Shown piece by piece: positions 47,714 through 57,890 of a stretch of 64,000 bases of DNA (the first letter of the stretch is position 1; every line of letters begins with the position of its first letter). Source of the stretch: Candidatus Latescibacterota bacterium (GTDB lineage: Bacteria; Latescibacterota; CBDEFO01); the NCBI GenBank assembly GCA_965248755.1, contig OZ252149.1, positions 352,001 to 416,000 of the forward strand, in the 5' to 3' direction. The position numbers and the translations under genes are program-made. The notes below the pieces were generated by a model that saw nothing but the letters and a program-made list of their open reading frames with translations, had not been told where the DNA came from and did no database searches.

Positions 47714-49489
47714 ATGGCGACCCAGCCAATCGTAAAGGGCGGACTTCTGGAGATCTCCTCAATCGAGGATGATATACGGCAGAAGCTCGAAGAGGAAAGA
47801 AAGCGGTTGATGGTGGAGGAAGGGATCGAAGAGAAGCATACACACCACTTCGAAAAGCCCATAGAAAACGCCTTCACCGCCGATCAAAGAGATCACACGA
47901 CTATCCTCTTCGGCGGGCTCACCTGGAAGCACGAACACCTGATTCACGGAGCATTAGAATCCCTTGGCTACAAGTGCAAAAGCGTTCCCACCCCCGATGT
48001 TGCGGCATTCCAACTCGGCAAGGAATACGGCAACAACGGACAGTGCAATCCCACATACTTCACAGTAGGCAACCTCGTCCAGTACCTCCAGAAGCTGGAG
48101 GAAGGGGGGATGGACAGGAAAGACATAATTGATAACCACGTCTTCTTCACCGCAGGGGCGTGCGGTCCATGCAGGTTCGGAATGTACGAAGCTGAATATA
48201 GACTCGCCCTTAGAAATTCAGGCTTCGACGGCTTCAGAGTCCTCCTCTTCTCGCAGTCCGGCGGACTCGACCAGGCGGAGGTCGAAGCCGGACTTGAGAT
48301 GAACCTCGACTTTTTCCTCGGAATACTCAACGCCCTTAACATGGGCGATCTAATAAATGAAGTGTGCTATGAGATTAGGCCCTACGAGGTGAACGAAGGG
48401 GAAACTGAAAGGGTCATGAAGGAGTGCATGGACGATATGCATGACGTAATAAAGAACAAAAAACCCTTACAGTTAGATGGCAAAATTGGGAGTTTTCTGA
48501 AAAAGTTCCCCAGCGTCTTCGACAAATCTCTATATCTAGGTAAATTTCTAGAGCAGCTATTCGGCGACAAATACACCAATGCCCTTGAAGAGGTCAGAGA
48601 TCGCCTCAATGAGATAGAAGTGGACCGCACCAGAGTCAAGCCTCTAGTCAAGATTACGGGCGAGTTTTGGGCGCAGACCACAGAGGGCGACGGCAACTTC
48701 AACATGTTCCACTTCCTGGAAAGAGAAAACGCTCAGGTGTTAGTAGAGCCCATCGGGACGTGGATTACATACATGATTCACCAGGCAAAGCAGGAGACAA
48801 CAGACAGAAGTGGCATAAAGGAAGGCGAAGAGCCTCCCGCTTGGTGGCAACTTGATAAGCGCTTCTCCAACGCTTTTGCCTACAGGAAAAAAATGGGAAG
48901 CCTCTCAATTGCAGAGAAGATTTTTAAGAGAGAATACGACAAGATTCGCGAAGCCTTGGGAGGTACAGCTCACGGGCTCACCGACCAGTACGAGCTCCAG
49001 AGGCTCGGGCACACCTTCTACAACTCCAGAGCAGGAGGCGGTGAAGGACACCTCGAGGTCGCCAAGAACATCTACTACAGCAACAAAGACCTCTGTCACA
49101 TGGTGCTCTCCATGAAGCCGTTCGGCTGCATGCCCAGCACTCAGAGCGATGGCGCGCAAGCCGCAGTTGTCTCCCAGTACAAGGACATGATCTACCTCCC
49201 TGTTGAGACGTCCGGTGAAGGCGAGATTAACGCCCACTCCAGAGTACAGATGGCACTCGGCGAGGCAAAAATCAAGGCCAAGAACGAGTTCAAAGAAGTC
49301 CTTGAAAAGACCGGGCTCACAGTAGCGGAGGTCAAAGACTACGTTGAAAGACACCCCGAACTCAAGCGGCCTATGTACCAGGTTCCTCATCAGAAAGGAT
49401 TCGTAAGCGTTGCATCTAACTTCGTGCTGCACATAAAAGAACGCATGGATGCAGAAGAAGGCAAAAAGGACGCAAAAAAAGCCGCATAG
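47714..49489 (+). CDS. 2-hydroxyacyl-CoA dehydratase-like protein (PlsR-like)
   Basis: GNNGQCNPTY, GACGPCRFGMY, TGEFW, GGEGH, KPFGCMPS motifs. Confidence 0.82.
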   Translation: MATQPIVKGGLLEISSIEDDIRQKLEEERKRLMVEEGIEEKHTHHFEKPIENAFTADQRDHTTILFGGLTWKHEHLIHGALESLGYKCKSVPTPDVAAFQLGKEYGNNGQCNPTYFTVGNLVQYLQKLEEGGMDRKDIIDNHVFFTAGACGPCRFGMYEAEYRLALRNSGFDGFRVLLFSQSGGLDQAEVEAGLEMNLDFFLGILNALNMGDLINEVCYEIRPYEVNEGETERVMKECMDDMHDVIKNKKPLQLDGKIGSFLKKFPSVFDKSLYLGKFLEQLFGDKYTNALEEVRDRLNEIEVDRTRVKPLVKITGEFWAQTTEGDGNFNMFHFLERENAQVLVEPIGTWITYMIHQAKQETTDRSGIKEGEEPPAWWQLDKRFSNAFAYRKKMGSLSIAEKIFKREYDKIREALGGTAHGLTDQYELQRLGHTFYNSRAGGGEGHLEVAKNIYYSNKDLCHMVLSMKPFGCMPSTQSDGAQAAVVSQYKDMIYLPVETSGEGEINAHSRVQMALGEAKIKAKNEFKEVLEKTGLTVAEVKDYVERHPELKRPMYQVPHQKGFVSVASNFVLHIKERMDAEEGKKDAKKAA

Positions 49490-49500
49490 GGAGAACTTAC

Positions 49501-49538
49501 AGGAGGAGCCAGGGCGAAAACCCCGGTTCCTCCTCCTT
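49501..49538 (+). terminator. Intergenic stem-loop between the PlsR-like and PlsA-like genes
   Basis: aggaggagcc...ggttcctcct; short U tail. Confidence 0.45.
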
Positions 49539-49588
49539 GAAACGAATGGCTATATTTAGCTATAAATGCCCACTAGGAGCGGATTTAT

Positions 49589-52500
49589 ATGAGCACGGAA
49601 AATAATATAGATAGCTTGTTGGTCGGACTGGACGTTGGCTCCACCACCGTAAAATTCATCGTAGTCCACCCGGACACAGACGAAATCCTCTTGAAGGACT
49701 ACCAGCGGCACGATACCAGACAGCCGGAAAAGGTGATGGAGTTCTTAACTCAAATAGAGGACGAGTTTGGACTCCCTACGGAGAAATACCGCATCTTTAT
49801 AACAGGGAGCGGCGGTAACGCGGTTGCGGACTACTTAGGTGCAAAGTTTGTCCAGGAAGTCAACGCTGTATCCCTGGCCGTCGAAAAGCTCCATCCTGAG
49901 GTAGGATCGGTCATAGAGCTTGGAGGTCAGGATGCCAAGATCATCATCTTCGTGGAGGACCCCGAGACCGGCAGAAAGAGGAAGATCCCCAGCATGAACG
50001 ACAAATGCGCAGGGGGAACAGGAGCAGTTATAGACAAGATCAACGCGAAACTGCGCATCCCCCCGGATGAGCTCTGCGACCAGGGATACTTCGGCATCAA
50101 GCTCCACCCTGTCGCAGGAAAGTGCGGCGTCTTTGCCGAGACAGACGTCAACAGCCATCAAAAATCGGGCGTTCCAAGAGATGAAATTATGGCGTCCCTC
50201 TTTGAAGCCATCATAGGACAAAACTTAAGCGTCTTAACAAGAGGAAACACACTAAGGCCAGAAGTTCTGCTCCTTGGTGGACCCAACACCTTCATAAGAG
50301 GTATGACCGAAGCATGGAAGTACAACATCCCCAAAGTCTGGGAGGAAAGAAACTATCCCCTGCCTGAAGGCGTAGACCCTCAAGACCTCATCAAAGTCCC
50401 CGAAAACGCCCAGTACTTCGCCGCCATAGGCGCAGTCGAATTCGGAAAAGGGGAGGAAGAAGAAATAGGTGTCTATAAAGGCACAGCTGACTTAGAGCAC
50501 TACATGAACGTCGGTCGGCTTGAGGAGAAGCAGAAGGCGGGAGGAAAGGGACTCGCCGAAACTCCCGATGAACTTGCGGCTTTCATGGAAAAATATAAGA
50601 CGAAAAAGTTCATCCCCGCCACCTTCTCCCCCGGACAGGTCGTCGAAGGCTGCATTGGAATCGACGGCGGATCTACCTCCACAAAGGCTGTCCTTTTGGA
50701 CAAGGACAGAAACGTCCTTGTCAAATCCTACCAGCTTTCAAAGGGAAATCCCATCGAGGACACCATAGAGGTCGTAGGAAAGGTACGAGAGCAGGTTGAG
50801 GAGCAGGGAGCGACGCTAAAGATCGTGGGAGTCGGCACAACAGGTTACGCAAAAGACGTCCTGAAAGATGCGGTCGCCGCAGACGTAGCGTTAGTCGAAA
50901 CAGTCGCACACACGGAAGCCGCCCTCAAGTTCTACGATAAAGTTGACGTCATCTGTGATGTAGGCGGACAGGACATCAAGATCATGATCCTCAAGAACCG
51001 CCAGGTCAAAGACTTCAAGCTCAACACACAATGCTCTGCAGGAAACGGATATTTTCTACAAGGTACTGCGGAAGGCTTCGGCTTTACCGTCGAGGAATTT
51101 GCCGATATAGCCTTCGGCGCGGAGTCCATGCCCATGTTCGGCTACGGTTGCGCAGTCTTCATGCAGTCCGACATAGTTGACTTCCAGAGACAGGGCTGGA
51201 AGCCCGAGGAGATAATGGCAGGGCTTGCCAACGTCCTCCCCAAAAACATCTGGCTCTACGTCTCACAGATACCCAATATAGCAAAGCTCGGAACCAACTT
51301 CGTCCTCCAGGGCGGCACACAGTACAACCTGGCTGCCGTAAAGGCACAGGTGGACTTCATAGAGGCCAGGTTCAAAGACCAGGAGGAAAAAGCCAGGATT
51401 ATCGTCCACGAGCACTGCGGAGAGAGCGGAGCAATAGGCTCGGCCATTGAAGCTGTAAGGCTGTGGGAGAACGGAAAAGAGACTTCATTTATCGGTCTGG
51501 ATGCTGTCGAAGCTATCACTTACCAGACCCACAGAGACGAGAACACCCGCTGTTTCTTCTGTAAGAACAAGTGCCTCAGGACATTCATAGACGTAAAGGT
51601 CAGCGACGAAGAGGTCTCAGACGCAGGATCCAAAAAGTCCAAGATACCCATAGAGACCGGCTTTAAGAGACTCATCGTCGGAAATAGCTGTGAAAAGGGA
51701 CTCGTCGAAGATATAGAGGACATGCGGGGCATCAAGGAGGGACTCGATGAAGCCAAAGCCCAAAACCCCAACCTCGTCGAGTTAGCCGCAAAAGAGGTCT
51801 GGAAAAGCTACAAACCCGAAATAGTGGCAGAGCCGATCCCAAAATACGCCTTCACAAAAAAGGCCAAAGAGAGCGTACAAAAGATAAAAAGCCGACAGGA
51901 GATCAGAATCGGCATACCCCGCCTTTTGAATATGTACTCCATGAATCCTCTCTTTAGCGCATACTTTGAGGCGATAGGAATCCCTCCAAGGAACCTCGTC
52001 TATTCGGATTTCACCACACAGGAACTATACAAAGAGGGAGCAAAGCGTGGCTCGATAGACCCCTGCTTCCCCAGTAAGGTAGCTATACCGCACGTCCATA
52101 ACCTCCTCTACGTCCATCACAAGAAGAAGCCGCTGGAATACATCTTCTTCCCCATGATAGACTCCATCCCGACCGATCTGGTCAACGTACAGAGCAGCAG
52201 AGCCTGTCCCACAATTACAGCCACACCCGAGGCGGTCAAAGCCGCATTCACCAAGGAGGGCGACCTCTTCAAAGAGATGGGAATCGAATACCTGGATACG
52301 TTTGTCACTATAGACGAACCTGAGCTCTTCCAGAAGCAAATGTTCGAGGAGTTCGGACCCAGGTTTGGACTCTCCAAAGAGGAGAACAGAAGAGCTGTCG
52401 AGGAGGGCTACAAGGCTTTAGACCACTTCAACAATGTAGTCCAGAGAGGCAAAGGAAGGGAAGTCCTCGATATGCTAAAAGCCGAAGACAAGCTCGGTAT

Positions 52501-53098
52501 AGTCCTTCTGGGACGTCCATACCACAACGATCCCGGAATAAATCACGAAATAATGGAGGAGTTCACAAAGCTCGGCTATCCTGTCTTCGCCGAGGACACA
52601 CTTCCCATAGACGACGATATCCTTTGGGAACTCTTCGGAGAAGAGGTTGAAAAGGGTATAATATCCCATCCCTTGGACATCGCCGACGCCTGGAAGAACT
52701 CCTACAGCGAGAACACGAGCCGCAAGGTCTGGGCGGCAAAATTTACAGCCAGACATCCCAACCTGGTCGCTTTAGAACTCTCCAGCTTCAAATGTGGACA
52801 CGACGCTCCTATCTACACAGTAGTAGAAGAGATCGTCGAAGACTCCGGAACGCCCTCTTTTTCGTTTAAGGACATCGATGAAAATAAACCCGCAGGATCT
52901 ATCAAGATCAGGGTTGAGACAATCGATTACTTCCTCAAGAGATACATGGAGGACATGGTCCGTGAAAACAAGAAGACGGCAAAGGTCGAGAATAGGCTGA
53001 AAGAGTTCGAAGACCGACTCAGACGGGAATTGACAGAAAAGGGAACCCTCGATGGAGTCGAGGTAACCCAAAAAGAGGAAGAACTCGTAACCGCATAG
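49589..53098 (+). CDS. CoA-substrate-specific enzyme activase, two BadF/BadG/BcrA/BcrD ATPase domains plus DUF2229-type domain (PlsA/Ger-like)
   Basis: GLDVGSTT, ELGGQD, MNDKCAGGTG, CGVFA; GIDGGSTS, DVGGQD, NTQCSAGNG, CAVF; CFFCKNKC; IGIPR, CFPSK, GRPYH.D, SFKCGHD. Confidence 0.88.
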   Translation: MSTENNIDSLLVGLDVGSTTVKFIVVHPDTDEILLKDYQRHDTRQPEKVMEFLTQIEDEFGLPTEKYRIFITGSGGNAVADYLGAKFVQEVNAVSLAVEKLHPEVGSVIELGGQDAKIIIFVEDPETGRKRKIPSMNDKCAGGTGAVIDKINAKLRIPPDELCDQGYFGIKLHPVAGKCGVFAETDVNSHQKSGVPRDEIMASLFEAIIGQNLSVLTRGNTLRPEVLLLGGPNTFIRGMTEAWKYNIPKVWEERNYPLPEGVDPQDLIKVPENAQYFAAIGAVEFGKGEEEEIGVYKGTADLEHYMNVGRLEEKQKAGGKGLAETPDELAAFMEKYKTKKFIPATFSPGQVVEGCIGIDGGSTSTKAVLLDKDRNVLVKSYQLSKGNPIEDTIEVVGKVREQVEEQGATLKIVGVGTTGYAKDVLKDAVAADVALVETVAHTEAALKFYDKVDVICDVGGQDIKIMILKNRQVKDFKLNTQCSAGNGYFLQGTAEGFGFTVEEFADIAFGAESMPMFGYGCAVFMQSDIVDFQRQGWKPEEIMAGLANVLPKNIWLYVSQIPNIAKLGTNFVLQGGTQYNLAAVKAQVDFIEARFKDQEEKARIIVHEHCGESGAIGSAIEAVRLWENGKETSFIGLDAVEAITYQTHRDENTRCFFCKNKCLRTFIDVKVSDEEVSDAGSKKSKIPIETGFKRLIVGNSCEKGLVEDIEDMRGIKEGLDEAKAQNPNLVELAAKEVWKSYKPEIVAEPIPKYAFTKKAKESVQKIKSRQEIRIGIPRLLNMYSMNPLFSAYFEAIGIPPRNLVYSDFTTQELYKEGAKRGSIDPCFPSKVAIPHVHNLLYVHHKKKPLEYIFFPMIDSIPTDLVNVQSSRACPTITATPEAVKAAFTKEGDLFKEMGIEYLDTFVTIDEPELFQKQMFEEFGPRFGLSKEENRRAVEEGYKALDHFNNVVQRGKGREVLDMLKAEDKLGIVLLGRPYHNDPGINHEIMEEFTKLGYPVFAEDTLPIDDDILWELFGEEVEKGIISHPLDIADAWKNSYSENTSRKVWAAKFTARHPNLVALELSSFKCGHDAPIYTVVEEIVEDSGTPSFSFKDIDENKPAGSIKIRVETIDYFLKRYMEDMVRENKKTAKVENRLKEFEDRLRRELTEKGTLDGVEVTQKEEELVTA

Positions 53099-53110
53099 TA
53101 TCTGTAGAAA

Positions 53111-53145
53111 AGATGCCGCTCAGGCTTTCAACTTGAGCGGCATCT
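53111..53145 (+). terminator. Strong stem-loop after the PlsA-like gene
   Basis: agatgccgctca / tgagcggcatct perfect 12-bp stem. Confidence 0.6.
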
Positions 53146-53161
53146 GATAAGGAGTAGAAGT

Positions 53162-53440
53162 ATGCTAGAATCTGAGAGGATCATGTTCGAAATCTACAAA
53201 GAGGGAGGGTATCACGAAAGAGGATACGACGTCGTCTATTACACGGAGTTAGACGATCACGATAAAGAAACAGAGATAAACAGAGCCATGGCCGGGGAAC
53301 ACTTCTACAACGGTTTTATCAAAGAGTTTAAAAAGGAAGAAGCCAAAAGGATAATAGAACGCATAATTGAAAGACTCAACAACGGTGAGGAAGTAGACCC
53401 TAAGGATGTTGATAGCGAATTAGCAGAATATATACCTTAG
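53162..53440 (+). CDS. Small acidic hypothetical protein
   Basis: AAGGAG RBS, 92 aa, FEIY...VVYYTEL..H...EINRAMAGEHF. Confidence 0.8.
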   Translation: MLESERIMFEIYKEGGYHERGYDVVYYTELDDHDKETEINRAMAGEHFYNGFIKEFKKEEAKRIIERIIERLNNGEEVDPKDVDSELAEYIP

Positions 53441-53495
53441 ACCAAGTAGACAGGCGCCTTCCCCCTGTCTAGCAGACTAAAAAGGTGGTGCAACT

Positions 53496-53975
53496 ATGGA
53501 AAGCGTGGTCCTTTACGGAGGCTTAACAGTCCTTCTTACACTTTACGTGATCAATCTGAGAAGCGCCTCTAAGCTGAAAGAAGAGCTTGAATTTATAAAA
53601 GATTCTATAGATGGTGTTCGAAGGCACGTAAATGTCTCCAGCGAAGATATGAAGCAACAGATGGGCAGTATGATAAAAAAGGAGTTAAGAAAGCTCAACG
53701 GAGATGCCATATTTCACAAAGACATGACCGTCGCTGAAGCCTTACGGCTCCATACCAACGCAGAAGTAGTTATGTCCAACTTTCATCTGGGAGGATGCTC
53801 AAGCTGCAGCATTACTGAACAGCATGTTCTGGGCCCCGCGGCTGAAGGCTACGGAGTCGATATAGATGCCCTTTTGGAGGCACTGAACGGTCTTTTGGAC
53901 GGAAGCGAGACCCCGGAAGCTCAGAATCACCCGCAAAAGGATAGCGAACTGCTTGATATATCCTTAAAACAATAG
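53496..53975 (+). CDS. Membrane-anchored protein with DUF1858-like Cys domain
   Basis: N-terminal TM helix; DMTV.EAL..H....V...F.LGGCSSC...YGVD. Confidence 0.65.
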   Translation: MESVVLYGGLTVLLTLYVINLRSASKLKEELEFIKDSIDGVRRHVNVSSEDMKQQMGSMIKKELRKLNGDAIFHKDMTVAEALRLHTNAEVVMSNFHLGGCSSCSITEQHVLGPAAEGYGVDIDALLEALNGLLDGSETPEAQNHPQKDSELLDISLKQ

Positions 53976-54057
53976 GCAGTAAATAGTAGGCGCGAATACA
54001 TGTGTTCGCGCAACTCGAGGCAGACAGACGGCTCAGCCAGCCTCCTACAAATTCCGT

Positions 54058-54090
54058 GCCGGAAGAAAGCTTGTTCTTTCGGCATTTTTC
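54058..54090 (+). terminator. Probable rho-independent terminator
   Basis: gccggaagaa...ttctttcggc followed by attttt. Confidence 0.5.
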
Positions 54091-54137
54091 ATTGTAACAT
54101 CTGACAAATAGAAGATCTCTTCTTTGGTACTCAGTTT

Positions 54138-54794
54138 ATGAATACAAAAGAAGTATTTGAAAAATATAGATTCATCGTAGGTCTTGTAGAACAGGAGTTT
54201 GACCGCAATCTTCGCATCTATCAGGACCAGATACTGTGTGGCAAAGGATGCTCATCCTGCTGCAGTCAGATGTTCAGGATCACGCTCATCGACGCAGCCC
54301 TGGTTTCGCGCTCTGTCAAAAGATTAGATACTTCTGCCCGCAACAAGATGCAAGAAAGAGCAACTATCTATCTGCGTGAAAAAAAAGACCTAATCCGTCA
54401 AAGAGCCGAAGAATCCGGCGCGCTTCTTGTAGACAACGGTGAAGAGATCTCATCGCTCGGACTCAGACTCCCCTGCCCAGCCCTTGTGAACGACGCCTGC
54501 TCCATCTACGAATCACGACCGCTAATATGCCGCAAGTACGGTATCCCCTTGTACGATCCGACTACCCCAGAACGACTCTACGCCTGCGAACTCAACTTTG
54601 AACCAGGACGGGAGATCCAAGACGACGAACTAATAGAAAGACAGACCGAAATATGGGAACACTGGATGGAGCTCAAGACAAGCGTCAACGAGGCTTTAAA
54701 TCCCGGGAACAAAGTGACGACCATCGCTGAGGCTATCCTATTCGACTACGATGAGATGCTAAAATTGAGTCTTTCCAAACCCAAGGAACTCTAA
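54138..54794 (+). CDS. YkgJ family cysteine-cluster protein
   Basis: CGKGCSSCC, CPAL...CSIYESRPLICR. Confidence 0.9.
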   Translation: MNTKEVFEKYRFIVGLVEQEFDRNLRIYQDQILCGKGCSSCCSQMFRITLIDAALVSRSVKRLDTSARNKMQERATIYLREKKDLIRQRAEESGALLVDNGEEISSLGLRLPCPALVNDACSIYESRPLICRKYGIPLYDPTTPERLYACELNFEPGREIQDDELIERQTEIWEHWMELKTSVNEALNPGNKVTTIAEAILFDYDEMLKLSLSKPKEL

Positions 54795-54807
54795 ACGGAG
54801 GAATGCT

Positions 54808-55455
54808 TTGGACATAGGGCAAGAGGATAAAATATCCCTTACAGAATATTTAGGCTGTATGCATGCCTTCGTAAATGTATTTATTATGGAACTCTACACG
54901 GTAAGAGACTTCGCCAAGCGACTTGAAAAGGTGGACAGAGCGAGCTCCTTCGGGTGGGAATCTACTCTTGACAGAGCGCGAAACAGAGCCCCCATAGTCC
55001 TCGACCGCTGGAAGCACTTCAACGACAGATTCCGGGACAAAATAACAGTAGACCAATATGAAGAAAAGCACTTCGGAGCCTACGTGCCGCTTTTCGAAGA
55101 ATACAAGCACACCTGCGACCGACTATACGCGATTTTGGAAAAGTTAAACAGATACGCTGACGAAATTGTAGAATTCAAGGCTGAAGAAGTTATCAGACTC
55201 GAAGGTTATATAGAGGAAATGATGGCTGCAATCAACCGAGAACAGAGAGCCTCTTCCTCTGTCGCCTCCACCTTAGAGAGGGGAACGCCGGACGATCTAA
55301 AACTTCAGGATCCATTTCAGGCTGAATTGATTCAGATCAATTCAGATCCAATTCAGAAAGAGACTGCAAAATACTTCAGGTTCTTTGTTGAATCCCGTGA
55401 TATCTTTCACAGAGACCTGAACCTTGGAGTAAGAGGCCAGCAATATAGTGGATAG
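54808..55455 (+). CDS. Hypothetical helical protein
   Basis: GGAGG RBS before TTG; overlaps next gene. Confidence 0.7.
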   Translation: MDIGQEDKISLTEYLGCMHAFVNVFIMELYTVRDFAKRLEKVDRASSFGWESTLDRARNRAPIVLDRWKHFNDRFRDKITVDQYEEKHFGAYVPLFEEYKHTCDRLYAILEKLNRYADEIVEFKAEEVIRLEGYIEEMMAAINREQRASSSVASTLERGTPDDLKLQDPFQAELIQINSDPIQKETAKYFRFFVESRDIFHRDLNLGVRGQQYSG

Positions 55456-55807
55456 ATCACATAGAAAAAAGGGTGTCTTCCGGTGGCTTTCTGAGTTCGC
55501 GCTTGACAAAGATGTAAGTGACGCTGTAAAAGCGCAGAAAAAAGTGGGCGAATCCTACCCAGAATTTTCCGAGGGACACTACAACCTGGGTATTCTCCAC
55601 TACAGCCAGGGCAAAGTTCAGGAGGCCATAGAGTCCTACAAGAAAGCTATTCAAATTGATCCCAAAAATGCCAAAGCTCACAAGAACCTCGGTGAAATCT
55701 ACGCCATCCAGGAACAATACAACCTGGCCTGGAAGCACGCCGAGATAGCCGAAAGTCTTGGAAATTCAAAACTGATGGATATGCTAAGAAGATACTTAAG
55801 GCAGTAG
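55448..55807 (+). CDS. Tetratricopeptide repeat protein
   Basis: HYNLG..Y..G...EA...YKKAI.IDP..A.AH.NLG. Confidence 0.85.
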   Translation: MDRSHRKKGVFRWLSEFALDKDVSDAVKAQKKVGESYPEFSEGHYNLGILHYSQGKVQEAIESYKKAIQIDPKNAKAHKNLGEIYAIQEQYNLAWKHAEIAESLGNSKLMDMLRRYLRQ

Positions 55808-55889
55808 ACAGGCCTCATCTTGATCTATCGGGAAAGCGTAGAGCCTTTAGCCCACAGCAAAGCAAAGGGTCTGCGAAGCAATCTATTCC

Positions 55890-55929
55890 CGTAACCTGTC
55901 TACTTATTCGTAACCTGTCTACTTATTCG
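55890..55929. repeat. 19-bp tandem repeat x2 (CGTAACCTGTCTACTTATT)
   Basis: Exact duplication. Confidence 0.85.
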
Positions 55930-56498
55930 GAGATAGATTTGCTCAGATTCGGGATGTTCAAACTTTCGGACATCTCTTATCCGTCCTCTTCTGGTAAGGA
56001 CGAACCATCTTCCTCTTTGCCGGATCACACCGACCTCAAAGAACATCACATCCAATCCTCAGAATGACCGCGCACTTCATGACATTACACAACGCTTCAT
56101 AAGATTCGGATGGATAGCCATATAGATACTCATATGTACAGGACCATTCAGCGCCTCAATTCGAGGAATAGTAGCTACCTGTCACTACAACCCGACATGT
56201 CTGTATCTTTTGGCCCTCAAAACCAATATCGTAGTCATGCTTATAATCGGCCATACCCTTCATTCGTCCTACCTTGGAAGATCGTTTTAAATTCTTTATG
56301 AGCAAGATCTGGAACGTCCACTATCCTGCTTCTGGCTCTTATGCTCGGATCGTCCTGAAATTAGCAGGGGCAGACCCACGGGTCTGCCCTGAAGATAGGG
56401 ATAATCGGGCGAACCACTTCCCCGATTGAATCTAGCAGGGATGGCATGTCCCCCCATCTCCTCGCTACTACAACACCAGTTCACGCCCACAAATGTCT

Positions 56499-57890
56499 TT
56501 AAAATAAGCTCCACTGAGCTTGGAAGTTTAGCACTTCCTCAGTTTCGATCTCTCCCATTTCATTTAGGGAATGCAAGAACCTCGCATCCACCAAAACGCC
56601 CAGCCCGTCAACAATGTCGAAGCCTATCAGGTACCCGAAGAGCGTATCGGGAGTCCTGTCGAAGAACCTGGCCTCATTCGTATCTATATTATACTTCTCG
56701 TAATAGACCTCCGCTCTATTGAGCCTCGGAACCTGCACTAACATCTCAGGCAGGACATATGCCCTTGCCAAAAGCCTCTGATCGGAGGCGTCTCCTTTTC
56801 CCATCAAGTTCTGATAAGTTATAGACACGCTAAAAATATCAAAAAAGTCCGATCTTACCTTTCCAAACACACCGTCCAGATCCGCATTTCGGAGTGAATC
56901 CTCCTTCGTAAACACACTATCCGATCCTGCAATTATCCTTGCCCTTTCGACCTCATAGAGACTGTTAAAATACTCAGGTTCAAATCTGTTCTCAATGTGC
57001 CGGTATTCCACCTTTGCAAGCAGGGGACCGGCCTTCAACCTGATCCCCGGTGCCCCCCAACCCCATCCTATAGTATCTATAGTATCTATTTTAGTATCTA
57101 TAGTATCTCGATTTTCATCCACATCGTCCACGTTTCGCGCATACTGACCGTAGACTGACAAATTCAGATTTTTGCGCTGAACTAAAGGATAACCTAAGTC
57201 TATCCCCCACATCCCGAAAGCATCTGCAGAGAGAGTATCCGCTGGGAAAGATCCGTCTGAGAGACCCAATCCACCGTATTGATTTATGTCCATAACAAAC
57301 GTAAAGCCCACCTCTAAATCCCCAATTGACGGCTTGGCCGCCACACGACCTCCCAGGAGACTCCCCTTTCTGTCGAAATCCTGAAAATCGTTCAACACAA
57401 ACTGGAATCCGAACCCGGAACTTGAGATTTCTCTCAACTCCAATTGGATTCCCGTCTTCTTCACGCCTGGATACCTCAAGGTGTTCCTGTAACCCTCCAT
57501 TATGAACCCATATCCTAAAGACACGTCTTCCAGTGCGCCCAGTCTTATGTGAACCCTCTCGCCCGGATCGCCGTATCTGATGTAATATATCTTTCTCAGA
57601 ACGCTGTTGATCGATTTCGACCCTGATTCAAAGTCCCACGACTTATCTGAAAAATCCCCGTCGCTATCCATAAAGAGTTCCACATCGAGTCCTATCCCAA
57701 ACTTCTTGTAAGAAAACTCCGGTCTTAGGTTAAACCTGAACCACTGCTCGTCGTCCACTGCCACACTCCCAAGCGATATACCCGCCTCCGTTTTCCCTCT
57801 ATCCAGAGGCTGACACATACCCTTTAAGCTCCAAAGGAAGACGCTCATTATCACTAATATGCTCTTGAAGATGAACCCTGTTTTAGTCAA
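56499..57890 (-). CDS. Hypothetical exported protein, probable outer-membrane beta-barrel
   Basis: Signal-peptide-like N-terminus from TTG 57890 overlapping the dnaB stop; amphipathic strands; C-terminal Phe. Confidence 0.7.
   Translation of the reverse strand: MTKTGFIFKSILVIMSVFLWSLKGMCQPLDRGKTEAGISLGSVAVDDEQWFRFNLRPEFSYKKFGIGLDVELFMDSDGDFSDKSWDFESGSKSINSVLRKIYYIRYGDPGERVHIRLGALEDVSLGYGFIMEGYRNTLRYPGVKKTGIQLELREISSSGFGFQFVLNDFQDFDRKGSLLGGRVAAKPSIGDLEVGFTFVMDINQYGGLGLSDGSFPADTLSADAFGMWGIDLGYPLVQRKNLNLSVYGQYARNVDDVDENRDTIDTKIDTIDTIGWGWGAPGIRLKAGPLLAKVEYRHIENRFEPEYFNSLYEVERARIIAGSDSVFTKEDSLRNADLDGVFGKVRSDFFDIFSVSITYQNLMGKGDASDQRLLARAYVLPEMLVQVPRLNRAEVYYEKYNIDTNEARFFDRTPDTLFGYLIGFDIVDGLGVLVDARFLHSLNEMGEIETEEVLNFQAQWSLF

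Noticed and set aside
47714..53098. Benzoyl-CoA reductase or amino-acid-fermentation dehydratase
   Set aside because: Fused double ATPase plus DUF2229-type layout and the lack of CoA-transferase, ring-cleavage or separate BcrBC/HgdAB genes fit the PlsA/PlsR type better
57065..57110. Short tandem repeat (DTIDTKIDTIDTI) as a phase-variation tract
   Set aside because: In-frame, imperfect, multiple-of-three units in a probable loop
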